Notes under the pieces: model-generated
What the model was told of the DNA's origin: nothing
Database searches by the model: none
The model's input: the letters and a program-made list of their open reading frames with translations, nothing else
IMG/VR virus record: IMGVR_UViG_3300038696_000181
Location: 1 to 38,380 of that record
Length of the DNA stretch: 38,380 nucleotides
Direction: 5' to 3' (one strand)
Origin: a virus
Taxonomy: Duplodnaviria; Caudoviricetes
In this document: positions 1 through 8,435 of the stretch, in pieces
Layout of the letters: every line of letters begins with the position of its first letter
How positions within the stretch are numbered: the first letter of the stretch is position 1
Position numbers and translations under genes: made by a program

Positions 1-682
1 CGATCCAAGTGGCGTCGATGTCCGCTCGAAAAGATTTGATCCTTTTATCCTCTGGGATGCGATCGTAATTAATACGGAGCTCGAGGAGCTCTTGTTGTCG
101 AATATACTCAGGATCGTAAGGATCAATCTCGTTTGGACCGTTGGGTCCTCCGACTTTATAAATTAAAGAGTTTCTCTCCCTCTCCGCTTGCTCCTCTGGA
201 TGGGAGACAAGGACTTTATCGATTTGTCCCTTTTTTACTCCTAAGATCCATTGATAACCCTTTATTTGCTCGGAGTTGTCTCTCAAGAGGCTCGCGTTTA
301 TAAAGGTGTCGAGATCATAAGAGGATTTAATGTCGTGGACAATATCGCCTCCAGAGGGAAAAAGATCCCAAGTCCCAATAACAAACTCGTTTTGACCTCT
401 CTCCTCGTTTTTTAAATGCGGATACTCGTTGTAATACATTTTATTTACAATCCCGATCGACTCGGACTCGACCCGATTTCCCTTATCGGTTTGCTTGGAG
501 GAGAACTCCTTTACAAATCCCCAAACCTCTTTGAGATAGATTTTTTGTAAAGCGGTTTTTTGCGTTGTCTGGAGGACTCCCAATTTTCCTCGGGGCCCAG
601 GTAATAAGGCCCCAAGGGAGGAGCAACGAAATTTATAATCGTCCCAATTTACCTTGATAGGATACTCAATCTTTTTACTCAT
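1..682 (-). CDS. Phage exonuclease, YqaJ/lambda-exo-like (3' end runs off the window)
   Basis: Not in the ORF track; translated by hand from ATG at 682: MSKKIEYPIKVNWDDYKFRCSSLG...KQTDKGNRVE...GTWD...DIKSS...EQIKGY. It has FRCSS, KGxxxE, D...DIK and QxxGY motifs and lies downstream of recT. Confidence 0.75.
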   Translation of the reverse strand, partial: MSKKIEYPIKVNWDDYKFRCSSLGALLPGPRGKLGVLQTTQKTALQKIYLKEVWGFVKEFSSKQTDKGNRVESESIGIVNKMYYNEYPHLKNEERGQNEFVIGTWDLFPSGGDIVHDIKSSYDLDTFINASLLRDNSEQIKGYQWILGVKKGQIDKVLVSHPEEQAERERNSLIYKVGGPNGPNEIDPYDPEYIRQQELLELRINYDRIPEDKRIKSFRADIDATWI

Positions 683-870
683 AACACTTTTTTAATATTG
701 GTTATTGCTTTGTCGTAAGAGACCGCAAAGGATCTCCCTCCGAGAATATCGTCGAGGACCAATATCTCGTCCCGTTGGCCATTGGTATTAACTCGAGCCT
801 TAATAATTTGGCAATTTGGGGCTTGGTACAATACAACGGCCCCCTCTTTTAATAGGTTTAAATTAATCAT
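679..870 (-). CDS. Hypothetical protein (63 aa)
   Basis: 4-nt overlaps with both neighbours suggest translational coupling. Confidence 0.6.
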   Translation of the reverse strand: MINLNLLKEGAVVLYQAPNCQIIKARVNTNGQRDEILVLDDILGGRSFAVSYDKAITNIKKVL

Positions 871-1772
871 TTGGAGAGCTCTGTTTGTCGGTTTCTAACA
901 ATATCTGCGAGCGGGCTTTTTCTATTTTCCAGGTCAACAAGTAAAAGATCAAGCTCGTCCGCTTGCGTTGCTTTGGCGCAATGGTTCTCAATTTGCTTTT
1001 TTTGCGTCTCGAGCTCGGTCTCCGCAACGGATCTCCCGCTCGATTGACTCGTCCCGTCGATATAAGTAATGTCCTCCGTATCGAAGTCGTTAACAATTGA
1101 TTGATCGACTCTCATTGCCGTATTCATTTCCGTACTCATTGGGCCAAATCTGGAGAGGAGAGACTTGAGGACGGTCTTTAATGCCATTTTATCAAAATCG
1201 GTTTTCCAAGGTCCAGAAGTAAAGCTCTTGGAGTACTTTTTACCGTGTCCCTCCGCCTCCGCTTTGGTCATATAATAACGAGCCTCAAAACCGTTGAGGA
1301 GTTGAAAATACGCCATATATCCGACGGTCTTTGCTTTGACTCGTTTATCGTCTTGGAGCCAATCAAACTCCATGTCTCCCGATACCCGATCGTAAGAAAG
1401 GATCTCTCCCTCTTTAACCGTTGTTGTATTGATACGCTTATAAAGTCCGCTCCGTTGAGCGAGTTGGACAAGTCCTTTATATCCTAATTGGAATTGACAT
1501 TTATCCTTATAAGGGACGAGATAAGCGTATCCGAGATTTTCGTTTATATCGAGATCCAGAGTTGCGGAGGCGACCGCGGCGTAAAGTACCGACGCGGGAT
1601 CACAATTGGCGAGTCTTGCGTTGTTTTTAACCGCGTTAATTAATGCACTCGAGAAATTTTTTGCGGCTCTTGGGGATCCAACAAGCTCTCGGATATTTTT
1701 TTGGACGTCCTCTTTACTGAGGATTGTCTTGATCGTCGCCTTTTGCGTGGCGGGCGCGTTTGGTGTACTCAT
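867..1772 (-). CDS. recT: RecT-family ssDNA annealing protein
   Basis: LANCDPASVLYA, LGYAYLVPY, QFQLGYKGLVQLAQRSG and W.TDFDKMALKTVLK are characteristic RecT motifs; paired with the exonuclease. Confidence 0.92.
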   Translation of the reverse strand: MSTPNAPATQKATIKTILSKEDVQKNIRELVGSPRAAKNFSSALINAVKNNARLANCDPASVLYAAVASATLDLDINENLGYAYLVPYKDKCQFQLGYKGLVQLAQRSGLYKRINTTTVKEGEILSYDRVSGDMEFDWLQDDKRVKAKTVGYMAYFQLLNGFEARYYMTKAEAEGHGKKYSKSFTSGPWKTDFDKMALKTVLKSLLSRFGPMSTEMNTAMRVDQSIVNDFDTEDITYIDGTSQSSGRSVAETELETQKKQIENHCAKATQADELDLLLVDLENRKSPLADIVRNRQTELSK

Positions 1773-2008
1773 TTTTTATTTAATTGGTTTAGTAAATTCT
1801 TAAATCCTCTCCCGTCCTTTACGGAGGGGCCCGAAAACCATTCGGAGAGAGGCCAATAAACAACCTCAAAATCTTTATCGATAAAGATTAACATCTTGGA
1901 GTCGGTTTCCATGACATTCTCAAAACCAAGATCCGACAAACGGATCCCCGCTTGGATTGCTTTATTTTCTTGCAGCTTTAACGCCGCGGGGCTTTTTTTT
2001 CTACTCAT
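1769..2008 (-). CDS. Hypothetical protein (79 aa; start revised to MSRKKSP)
   Basis: ATG at 2008 overlaps the MTase stop; its own stop overlaps the recT start. Confidence 0.6.
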   Translation of the reverse strand: MSRKKSPAALKLQENKAIQAGIRLSDLGFENVMETDSKMLIFIDKDFEVVYWPLSEWFSGPSVKDGRGFKNLLNQLNKK

Positions 2009-2693
2009 CAAATATAGAAATTTGCGCGGTATTATTCGAGTTATATATCCCAAAAACGGTCTCAAGGATTGTTTTTCCCTCCATATAATCAACCATGTTT
2101 CTAAGGACTTGATCTTTGTCAAGATCTCCATTGCTTCTTTTGAAAGAGTGATAAAAATCTCGGTCGATTTCGTGAAACTTTAAGAGCTTGTCGATATAAC
2201 CTTTTCCCTCCTTTATAAAATCCTTTGTATCTCTGGAGTTAAGATTGTTTGGGAGGTTAAAGTTGGTCCAATAGTAATGTCGACCTCTCTTGATTGGAGC
2301 AATCAAAGGATTGTAATAAGAGATTACGTTTTCGACGCAATATTTACCTTTAAAAAAATGCTCGAGAAAAATTATCTCTTGATAAAGTCTCATATCTGGA
2401 AAAGTCGCGGGAGACTTTCTCTCTCCCTTTCCCGTGTTAACCTTTCTCATTTTTGAGTGCGTAGGACACGGAGGAGAGCTCCAAACAAAATCGAAATCCT
2501 CGTATCTCTCAAGTAAAACAACCGCGGCGTCTCCGATCACAACCTCATCGTTTGGAAATCTTTCGGAGTACGCGTCCGCTAAATACGGATCGAGCTCGAC
2601 CGCGACAATCTCCAAATTATCGGAGACCTCGTCCCATTTGTAACGGTTGCCTCCGAGACAAGCGTAAAGATTTAGGACCCTAAATTTTTCCAT
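2001..2693 (-). CDS. DNA (cytosine-5)-methyltransferase, phage type (start revised to MEKFRVLNLY)
   Basis: Motif I-like LNLYACLGG, catalytic motif IV SSPPC and motif VI VENV. Confidence 0.85.
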   Translation of the reverse strand: MEKFRVLNLYACLGGNRYKWDEVSDNLEIVAVELDPYLADAYSERFPNDEVVIGDAAVVLLERYEDFDFVWSSPPCPTHSKMRKVNTGKGERKSPATFPDMRLYQEIIFLEHFFKGKYCVENVISYYNPLIAPIKRGRHYYWTNFNLPNNLNSRDTKDFIKEGKGYIDKLLKFHEIDRDFYHSFKRSNGDLDKDQVLRNMVDYMEGKTILETVFGIYNSNNTAQISIFDE

Positions 2694-3135
2694 TGTGGCG
2701 TCTCTCTTGGGAATTAAAAACCGACGCGTCGACTCCGACCCAATCAACGTCGTCGTCTTTATTTGCCTCCTCTGGATAATGCTCAACGAGGCAAGGATCG
2801 CAAACCCAATTTTCGCCAAAGTCGACCTCATTTAAAGTATCCTCCAGGGAAAACCATTTTTGACACTTTGGACACTTGGTCGCAAAATTTCCCTCCTCTC
2901 CGATTTCAGCAAAGAGCCAAAAACTCGGAGACCAAGTTTTTAATTGAGACAAATTACGCGGCGCCAACTCCTCCGCCTTTTCCTTGGTTGAGTAGTACTC
3001 TCCCATATAATACCGATCGGTCGTTACGTTGTAAAATTGGACTTGATAAGGACGGATCCCCGTATGAGGATCGTTTACGGGTCTCTCGCTAATATGTATC
3101 GAGATATGATCCCAATTGTTTGGAGCTTTTATCAT
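2680..3135 (-). CDS. Hypothetical protein with Zn-ribbon-like CPKC...CDPC
   Basis: First gene of the leftward operon; two CxxC pairs. Confidence 0.6.
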   Translation of the reverse strand: MIKAPNNWDHISIHISERPVNDPHTGIRPYQVQFYNVTTDRYYMGEYYSTKEKAEELAPRNLSQLKTWSPSFWLFAEIGEEGNFATKCPKCQKWFSLEDTLNEVDFGENWVCDPCLVEHYPEEANKDDDVDWVGVDASVFNSQERRHNGKI

Positions 3136-3158
3136 AATTTACTTTATTTTTGGTTTGA

Positions 3159-3166
3159 CAAATATA
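3159..3166 (-). promoter_or_regulatory. Bacteroidota -7 promoter box TATATTTG (leftward operon)
   Basis: Matches TAnnTTTG, about 24 bp upstream of the ATG at 3135, in a divergent intergenic region. Confidence 0.55.
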
Positions 3167-3210
3167 GAAATATAAGATACCAAGAAACACCTTTTAGCAA
3201 ATTTTAACAA

Positions 3211-3501
3211 ATGGGATACTCCAAGAGAAACGCAAAAAAAGACGGCAATCAAACTCGCCTCGTAAATCAATTGAGAGCTTGCGGGATATCGGTTGCAATT
3301 ACTCATCGGCTCGGAGACGGTTTTCCCGACATTGTGGCGGGTTGGCAAGGTAAAAATTACCTCTTGGAGATAAAGGATCCCGCTCAAGTACCAAGTAAAA
3401 GAAAGCTCTCCAAGGACGAGGAGATATTTCGCGACGCCTGGAAAGGTCAATATGATATTGTCGAAACTTTGGACGACGTTTTACAGATAATTAAAAAATA
3501 A
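3211..3501 (+). CDS. PD-(D/E)XK nuclease, VRR-NUC/Holliday-junction resolvase-like
   Basis: DGNQ..LV..LR..G, GDGFPDIVAG and LLEIKD motifs. Confidence 0.75.
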   Translation: MGYSKRNAKKDGNQTRLVNQLRACGISVAITHRLGDGFPDIVAGWQGKNYLLEIKDPAQVPSKRKLSKDEEIFRDAWKGQYDIVETLDDVLQIIKK

Positions 3502-3504
3502 CGC

Positions 3505-3512
3505 TACATTTG
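3505..3512 (+). promoter_or_regulatory. Bacteroidota -7 promoter box TACATTTG
   Basis: TAnnTTTG directly upstream of a structured leader and the replication gene. Confidence 0.55.
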
Positions 3513-3518
3513 GACCGA

Positions 3519-3604
3519 GAGGAGGTCCGATAATTTCCTCAGACAATACTCAAAGGCTCTTAATTGACGCGAAAGTCGGACCTCGCAGATATTAAGGGCC
3601 TTTG
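3519..3604 (+). promoter_or_regulatory. Structured 5' leader: two hairpins with complementary loops
   Basis: Stem AAAGGCTCTTAAT (3552-3564) pairs with ATTAAGGGCCTTT (3591-3603). Loop TCGGACCTC (3576-3584) is the exact reverse complement of GAGGTCCGA (3522-3530). Confidence 0.55.
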
Positions 3605-3624
3605 TAATGACCAAAAATAATTTA

Positions 3625-4374
3625 ATGGCTTTATTTCGTAAGATTCACGTCTCTTTCTGGAGCGATCCTTTTACCTCTGAGCTCGACCGAGATCAAAAGC
3701 TCTTTTACCTTTATTTATTAACCAACGAAAGGACAAGCCTTTGCGGGATTTATGAGATTACCAAGAGGCAAATCGGATTTGATCTCGGATATAATATCGA
3801 TAGTGTATCAAAGCACTTGAAATACTTTATCGATATGGGAAAAATCGCGTATAATTCGCAGACTTGCGAGGTTGCGATTAAAAATTGGGGCAAATATTAC
3901 GGATCGGAAAGTCCAAAAGTCAAAACCCGCGTAAACAAAGAGATCGAGGAGGTTAAAGATACCTCATTGATTGAGTATATATATAGTAAAGATACTGTAT
4001 CGATACCTCCTCACGTACGCGTGCGCAAGAAAGAGAAAGAGAAAGAGAAAGAGAAAGAGGAGAGAGAGAGGGTTAAAGTTGATGAGGAAAAACCTCCTCA
4101 ACACAAACTCCAAATCTTTATTGAGACCAATTGTCCAAATATTGGAAAGCTCCAAAAACAACTAACTCTTGAGGAGGCCGAAAAATTAACCGCAATTTGG
4201 ACGGGCCTCCAGATCAAGGAGAAAGTCCAAAACCTCGAAAACATACCCGCGGCTCAATTAAAAAAGCGCTATTCCTCGGTTTATTTAACCTTGCGTAATT
4301 GGCTTAACCGCGATTTCCCAGAGAGAAATAAAACAGTTTCCAAACCTAAAGCAATTTCAAAACCAAATAAATAG
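3625..4374 (+). CDS. Phage replication initiation (replisome organiser-like) protein
   Basis: N-terminus FRKIHVSFWSDPF...KLFYLYLLTNERT..CGIYEI, KEKEKE linker, C-terminal Y.TLRNWL. The start may be 3607 or 3625. Confidence 0.75.
   Translation: MALFRKIHVSFWSDPFTSELDRDQKLFYLYLLTNERTSLCGIYEITKRQIGFDLGYNIDSVSKHLKYFIDMGKIAYNSQTCEVAIKNWGKYYGSESPKVKTRVNKEIEEVKDTSLIEYIYSKDTVSIPPHVRVRKKEKEKEKEKEERERVKVDEEKPPQHKLQIFIETNCPNIGKLQKQLTLEEAEKLTAIWTGLQIKEKVQNLENIPAAQLKKRYSSVYLTLRNWLNRDFPERNKTVSKPKAISKPNK
4030..4059 (+). repeat. (AAAGAG)x5 in-frame microsatellite encoding the KE linker
   Basis: Read directly from the sequence. Confidence 0.8.
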
Positions 4375-4383
4375 AGAAATGAA

Positions 4384-4665
4384 ATGAGAAAGTCAATTTT
4401 TATTATCGCTTTGCTTGCGTTGAGCTCGTGCCAAATGGCCGTCGTAAACAACGCAAGAGCAAAAAAAACAGCAATTGACGGATCGAGTTATATCGTCTGG
4501 AGTGTCTCCGAGTTGTCAGAGACTAATATCAAGCCTTGCGAGACTTGCGATCCTCATTGTTTTATTATTGAGGCTTACAATCAAGCCCTCCCAAATAATG
4601 CGATTTATTTAACCACGTACACGGCTCCAGAGGTCGGAGATACGCTTAAAATCAATATCCAATGA
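4384..4665 (+). CDS. Putative lipoprotein
   Basis: MRKSIFIIALLALSSC signal peptide with lipobox. Confidence 0.6.
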   Translation: MRKSIFIIALLALSSCQMAVVNNARAKKTAIDGSSYIVWSVSELSETNIKPCETCDPHCFIIEAYNQALPNNAIYLTTYTAPEVGDTLKINIQ

Positions 4666-5132
4666 TAAGAGAGATAATTTTCCGAGGATTACCAAAGGAT
4701 CCGAGTTGCTTTGGGGTTGAGTTTGTTTACGGATCATTGAGGCAAGAGCAAAAAGATCTCCCAGACACTCATCTTATTTACACCATTGAGGGCGATATCG
4801 TTCCAATAATCCCAGAGAGTCAGGGTCAATTTATCGGGAATAGCGACAAAGAAGGAAATCGCCTTTTTGAGGACGATTATTGCGAGATCGAGGCGTTTTG
4901 GCAAGAGGGCAACTCTTTTGATGGAAACGACGAGGATAACCATGTCACGGACTTTGGAGTCATTAAATACACTCCCTCGGGAGGGTTTTATTTGAAAGTT
5001 GAAAAACGATTTAACGAGATATCGGGGATTTTTGAGATCGCTCCAGATTACAAGCCGATCGTATTCTCTCGGATAAAAAGACTCGGGAATATTCACGAAA
5101 ACCCGTTACTCTCGACGATATGGAAACTATAA
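4662..5132 (+). CDS. YopX-family phage protein
   Basis: REIIFRG...FVYGSL...GQFIG..DKEG..LFEDD...LGNIHENPLL is the YopX pattern. Confidence 0.85.
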   Translation: MIREIIFRGLPKDPSCFGVEFVYGSLRQEQKDLPDTHLIYTIEGDIVPIIPESQGQFIGNSDKEGNRLFEDDYCEIEAFWQEGNSFDGNDEDNHVTDFGVIKYTPSGGFYLKVEKRFNEISGIFEIAPDYKPIVFSRIKRLGNIHENPLLSTIWKL

Positions 5133-5455
5133 ACCTCTTAAGCGAAAAAGACTTTCTCCAGAAATACGCGGACGATAACGGACAAATCGGGATCGTTGAG
5201 ATCAAATCCTTTTTCGATAACTTTGAGTATCCAAAAAATCACGAGAGCTCTTTTGGAGGTTTCACCAATTACGGACTTAAGGAATTTGTCGAAAACCATA
5301 TTATTTGCGCGGAAAGGACGGAGATAAAGAACGCAACGAGAGCGGAGATCGTAGACCTCCAGATAATAGCTTTAACGCGTTTGATTCGCGTAATGAGTTA
5401 TTTGTCGACGGGTCGGGAGAGTTATCGCGTATCGAGAAAATTACTCAAACGATGA
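5120..5455 (+). CDS. Hypothetical protein
   Basis: Overlaps the YopX stop and continues the operon. Confidence 0.55.
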   Translation: METINLLSEKDFLQKYADDNGQIGIVEIKSFFDNFEYPKNHESSFGGFTNYGLKEFVENHIICAERTEIKNATRAEIVDLQIIALTRLIRVMSYLSTGRESYRVSRKLLKR

Positions 5456-5542
5456 GGATCCACGGAGCAGAGGAGATTAAAATAGAGGTCTCTTTTTGTA
5501 CCAAAATTTCTTAATTTATTGACTCACTTAAAGTAAAAAAAT

Positions 5543-5719
5543 ATGCCTTGCAAATGCGGAAATAAGAGAAAAAAAAGTACGTCGTCCCTTGAAAATTTAT
5601 CGGATGAAAAGGTTTTACAAATGCTTAACGGATCCATTGCGAGAGAGGATTACGAAAAAGCCTCAAAGCTAAGAGATATCGCGATTAAAAGAGAGATCCT
5701 CGAGACGGTAAAGGCTTGA
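5543..5719 (+). CDS. Small protein with UVR (UvrB/UvrC)-like motif (58 aa)
   Basis: Below the ORF-track cutoff: MPCKCGNKRKK...LNGSIAREDYEKASKLRD; A-rich upstream region. Confidence 0.6.
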   Translation: MPCKCGNKRKKSTSSLENLSDEKVLQMLNGSIAREDYEKASKLRDIAIKREILETVKA

Positions 5720-5723
5720 TTAT

Positions 5724-5993
5724 ATGCTTTGTCGCGAAATATGTCCCAGAGGGCTCGATTGCGAGCCAATAAGCAACGTTGTATCGGATAACGATAAAAC
5801 CTTTATTTGTGTCGGATATCACAACGAGAAAGACAAGGAAATCCCTCAAGACCGTTTCCGACATTGTTTCAAGAGCTCCGCAAATACGGACTCGATGTTT
5901 GATTACGATACTTACGACCTCCTTTCGGTTGTATCGGTTATGAGTGACGCGTTATTAATTGATAATTTGAAAAATGGCAGCACCAAAGAATAA
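5724..5993 (+). CDS. Hypothetical Cys-containing protein
   Basis: Operon context; overlaps the terS start. Confidence 0.55.
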   Translation: MLCREICPRGLDCEPISNVVSDNDKTFICVGYHNEKDKEIPQDRFRHCFKSSANTDSMFDYDTYDLLSVVSVMSDALLIDNLKNGSTKE

Positions 5994-6423
5994 TAAATTT
6001 TGGGAGTTACGCTCCTCGCACGGGAGAAACCTCATTTTTTCCTCTCCTCAAGTCCTTTGGGAGGCTTGTAAAGAATATTTCGAGACAACCTCCGAGAGAG
6101 TTTGGATAAAAAAGGATTGGGTCGGGAAAGACGCTTACGAGGTCGACCGAGAGACCTCCGCTCCTTTCACAAAGCAAGGGTTATATATATTTCTTGATAT
6201 TGATCGGAGTACATGGGACGAGTACAAGAAAAGGAAAGATTTTTCCCCTATCTGTACGCGTGTCGAGGAAATTATATACCTCCAGAAATTCGAGGGAGCC
6301 GTTGTCGGAGCTTTTAATCATTCCATAATCGCTCGAGAGTTGGGCCTTGCGGACAAGAAAGAGGTCTCTCGTAAAAAGATCGTTGTTACAACAAAGAAAA
6401 GGATATCCGAGACGGACGATTAA
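5974..6423 (+). CDS. terS: Terminase small subunit, P22 gp3-like DNA packaging protein
   Basis: MAAPKNNKFWELRSSHGRN..F..P..LWEAC.EYF...QKFEGAVVGAFN.SIIARELGL. Confidence 0.88.
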   Translation: MAAPKNNKFWELRSSHGRNLIFSSPQVLWEACKEYFETTSERVWIKKDWVGKDAYEVDRETSAPFTKQGLYIFLDIDRSTWDEYKKRKDFSPICTRVEEIIYLQKFEGAVVGAFNHSIIARELGLADKKEVSRKKIVVTTKKRISETDD

Positions 6424-6428
6424 TTGCG

Positions 6429-6561
6429 TCCCAACGATTGACGGTAAACTCTCGTTGCCGTCCTAAATACGAGAGATGAATTTTCAAAACAGTAGAAACT
6501 ATGAGCGAAGCAGAAAAGTTTGATAACAAACAAGGCAATGGAGAGTTACCGTGTGTTAGCG
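6429..6561. repeat. attC-like site 1 (133 bp)
   Basis: TCCCAAC-gattg-ACGGTAAACTCTCGTTGCC ... GGCAATGGAGAGTTACCGT-gt-GTTAGCG; contains the ATG at 6501. Confidence 0.78.
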
Positions 6562-6707
6562 GTAGTGATTCTAAAGAATGTAAAAATTGCCTATACTATA
6601 ATGTTCAAAAAATTGGTTGTAAACACCCAAGCTGGAATAAGTGTATTGTTAGAGATAGTGATGAATTTGTGATTGATTATTTATATCACGAATATCATTA
6701 CCGCTAA
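6501..6707 (+). CDS. Cassette 1: small Cys-rich hypothetical protein
   Basis: Starts inside attC-1; CKNC...C...C; the TAA stop lies in the CGCTAAC box of attC-2. Confidence 0.6.
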   Translation: MSEAEKFDNKQGNGELPCVSGSDSKECKNCLYYNVQKIGCKHPSWNKCIVRDSDEFVIDYLYHEYHYR

Positions 6708-6761
6708 CGGTAAGCATAAGGTGCGTATGGCGCAGCCTATGCACTTTATGCAATGTTGTAT
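6702..6761. repeat. attC-like site 2 (60 bp)
   Basis: CGCTAAC-ggtaa-GCATAAGGTGCGTATGG cgcag CCTATGCACTTTATGC-aat-GTTGTAT. Confidence 0.8.
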
Positions 6762-6813
6762 TCAGTGGTTTTTGGGCGGGTTTACTAAATAAGTTAAATA
6801 AATTGCTTTTTTC

Positions 6814-6844
6814 TTTGCTGGTTACAATTTATGTTGTATATTTG
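6814..6844 (+). promoter_or_regulatory. Bacteroidota -33/-7 promoter inside cassette 2
   Basis: TTTG (6814-6817), 19 nt spacer, TATATTTG (6837-6844), then an A-rich leader to ATG 6875. Confidence 0.65.
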
Positions 6845-6874
6845 GAGTATAGAAACAAACAAATAACACACAAA

Positions 6875-7201
6875 ATGGCCTCAAAATTCCAACTTAAAGA
6901 TTACCTCGCAGCAAACAGAGAAGTAGTAATTGCAAAATTTCAAGACCTGCAAAAAGAAAAATTCTACAACGGTATAAGCTTGAAAAACTTCATGATAGAA
7001 GTCTTTCAGCAAATGGCTAACAACAATCCTAAAAGCGATAAAAAAGCAACTAGCCTACTTCCTTTTGTGGTGTCTGCCGTATCGAATAGAAATTGCAAAA
7101 TCGGCGCAACACATACAAAGCCTTACTCTGAAAGTAACCACGCAAAAGCGGTTAACTACTTCGGAGCCGATAAAGTAAAATCAATGTCTAACGCTAAATA
7201 A
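6875..7201 (+). CDS. Cassette 2 gene A: hypothetical protein (start revised to MASKFQLK)
   Basis: ATG after an A-rich leader downstream of the promoter. Confidence 0.65.
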   Translation: MASKFQLKDYLAANREVVIAKFQDLQKEKFYNGISLKNFMIEVFQQMANNNPKSDKKATSLLPFVVSAVSNRNCKIGATHTKPYSESNHAKAVNYFGADKVKSMSNAK

Positions 7202-7209
7202 TTAAAACC

Positions 7210-7458
7210 ATGTCAAAACTACGAAGCCCAAAAAACAAATTTCGTATTGAGTTCAATTACTCAAAGCCAGTTAAAGGACTAGGAAGCTCTTGCTCCATTA
7301 CGAGTAACGAAGTAGAAAAATCTTCAAACATGATAGACCACTATATTGAAATAGCTAAAAGGAATAATGTGAGCGTGAGTATTACGGTAAAGGAAAATAG
7401 AAAGACCTATCCTGAATTTGATTGGCAAATAATTGACCAATACACTGTAAATAAATAG
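7210..7458 (+). CDS. Cassette 2 gene B: hypothetical protein
   Basis: Tight operon spacing. Confidence 0.65.
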   Translation: MSKLRSPKNKFRIEFNYSKPVKGLGSSCSITSNEVEKSSNMIDHYIEIAKRNNVSVSITVKENRKTYPEFDWQIIDQYTVNK

Positions 7459-7460
7459 AT

Positions 7461-7652
7461 ATGCCTTACTGGTTTTTAAACAAGCAGACAAACGAAGCGC
7501 GAGTATTTGGCTCGCGCTCTCCTATTGTAGAATGCACTGATATCACTGATAACGAACTTGACTACGCATTTTCTCGGAAAAAGCAATCTGAATACGAGAA
7601 TGAAAAATACAGGATAGTTCGAGTTGATTTAGAGCGGGGAGGCAAACATTGA
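7461..7652 (+). CDS. Cassette 2 gene C: small putative DNA-binding protein
   Basis: TGA stop abuts the attC-3 ATACAAC box; loosely resembles ORF 10578-10760. Confidence 0.55.
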   Translation: MPYWFLNKQTNEARVFGSRSPIVECTDITDNELDYAFSRKKQSEYENEKYRIVRVDLERGGKH

Positions 7653-7781
7653 ATACAACGATTTGGGTATGAAGTGTGGCGGATTGAAAACCGAAACCTT
7701 CCAAACTAAAACAAAACTTTGATAATGGATAAAACTTTGAATACAGGCGAAACCCGCCATAATTTACACCCTGTGTTATGT
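7653..7781. repeat. attC-like site 3 (129 bp)
   Basis: ATACAAC-gattt-GGGTATGAAGTGTGGCGG ... CCGCCATAATTTACACCC-tgt-GTTATGT; contains the ATG at 7725. Confidence 0.78.
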
Positions 7782-8435
7782 GCTGGGCGGCCTAAACTAC
7801 TGGACTTATTTTGTTGTGCTGGTGGTGCTGCAAAAGGTTATTATAATGCAGGATTTGAAGTGGTGGGAATTGATATTGAACCACAACCGCAATATCCTTA
7901 TAAGTTCATTCTTTCTGATGCGCTCGAATATCTTGAAAAGCACGGAAGCGAGTATGATGTAATACACGCAAGTCCACCGTGCCAAGGATATAGCCACCTT
8001 ACACCAAAAGAACACAAGGGCGACCACGAAAAACTCATTGATAAATTGCATGTATTACTTGTACGGGTTGGAAAGCCTTACATAATCGAAAATGTAGCTG
8101 GCGCAAAGAATGAACTTATAGAGCCTATAAAATTATGTGGCTCAATGTTCAATTTGAGATGCCAGCGACATAGATTCTTTGAAACCTCTTTTGCTTTAAA
8201 TGTAGAAATGAAATGCGACCATAGCCAAATACCATTATTAGTAACCACAGCAAGCAAGGCAAGCAGGGAATTAAGGCAAAAACTTGGGATGAAACCAAAA
8301 ACGGTTAAAAATGCACCGCTGGCATACGGCATTGATTGGATGAACTTTAATGGATTGAAAGAGTGTATTCCGCCAGCTTACACCCAATGGATAGGCGAAC
8401 GTTGGATTGAAGCACAAGCCCAGCCTTGCACATAA
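7725..8435 (+). CDS. Cassette 3: DNA (cytosine-5)-methyltransferase
   Basis: LLDLFCCAGG (motif I), HASPPCQ (IV), IIENV (VI), QRHRFF (VIII-like). Starts in attC-3; the TAA stop lies in the ACATAAC box. Confidence 0.85.
   Translation: MDKTLNTGETRHNLHPVLCAGRPKLLDLFCCAGGAAKGYYNAGFEVVGIDIEPQPQYPYKFILSDALEYLEKHGSEYDVIHASPPCQGYSHLTPKEHKGDHEKLIDKLHVLLVRVGKPYIIENVAGAKNELIEPIKLCGSMFNLRCQRHRFFETSFALNVEMKCDHSQIPLLVTTASKASRELRQKLGMKPKTVKNAPLAYGIDWMNFNGLKECIPPAYTQWIGERWIEAQAQPCT

Noticed and set aside
2009-2021. 13-mer CAAATATAGAAAT identical to 3159-3171 (possible second leftward promoter or operator)
   Set aside because: It lies in coding sequence immediately against the next ATG, and two copies of an AT-rich word are insufficient support.
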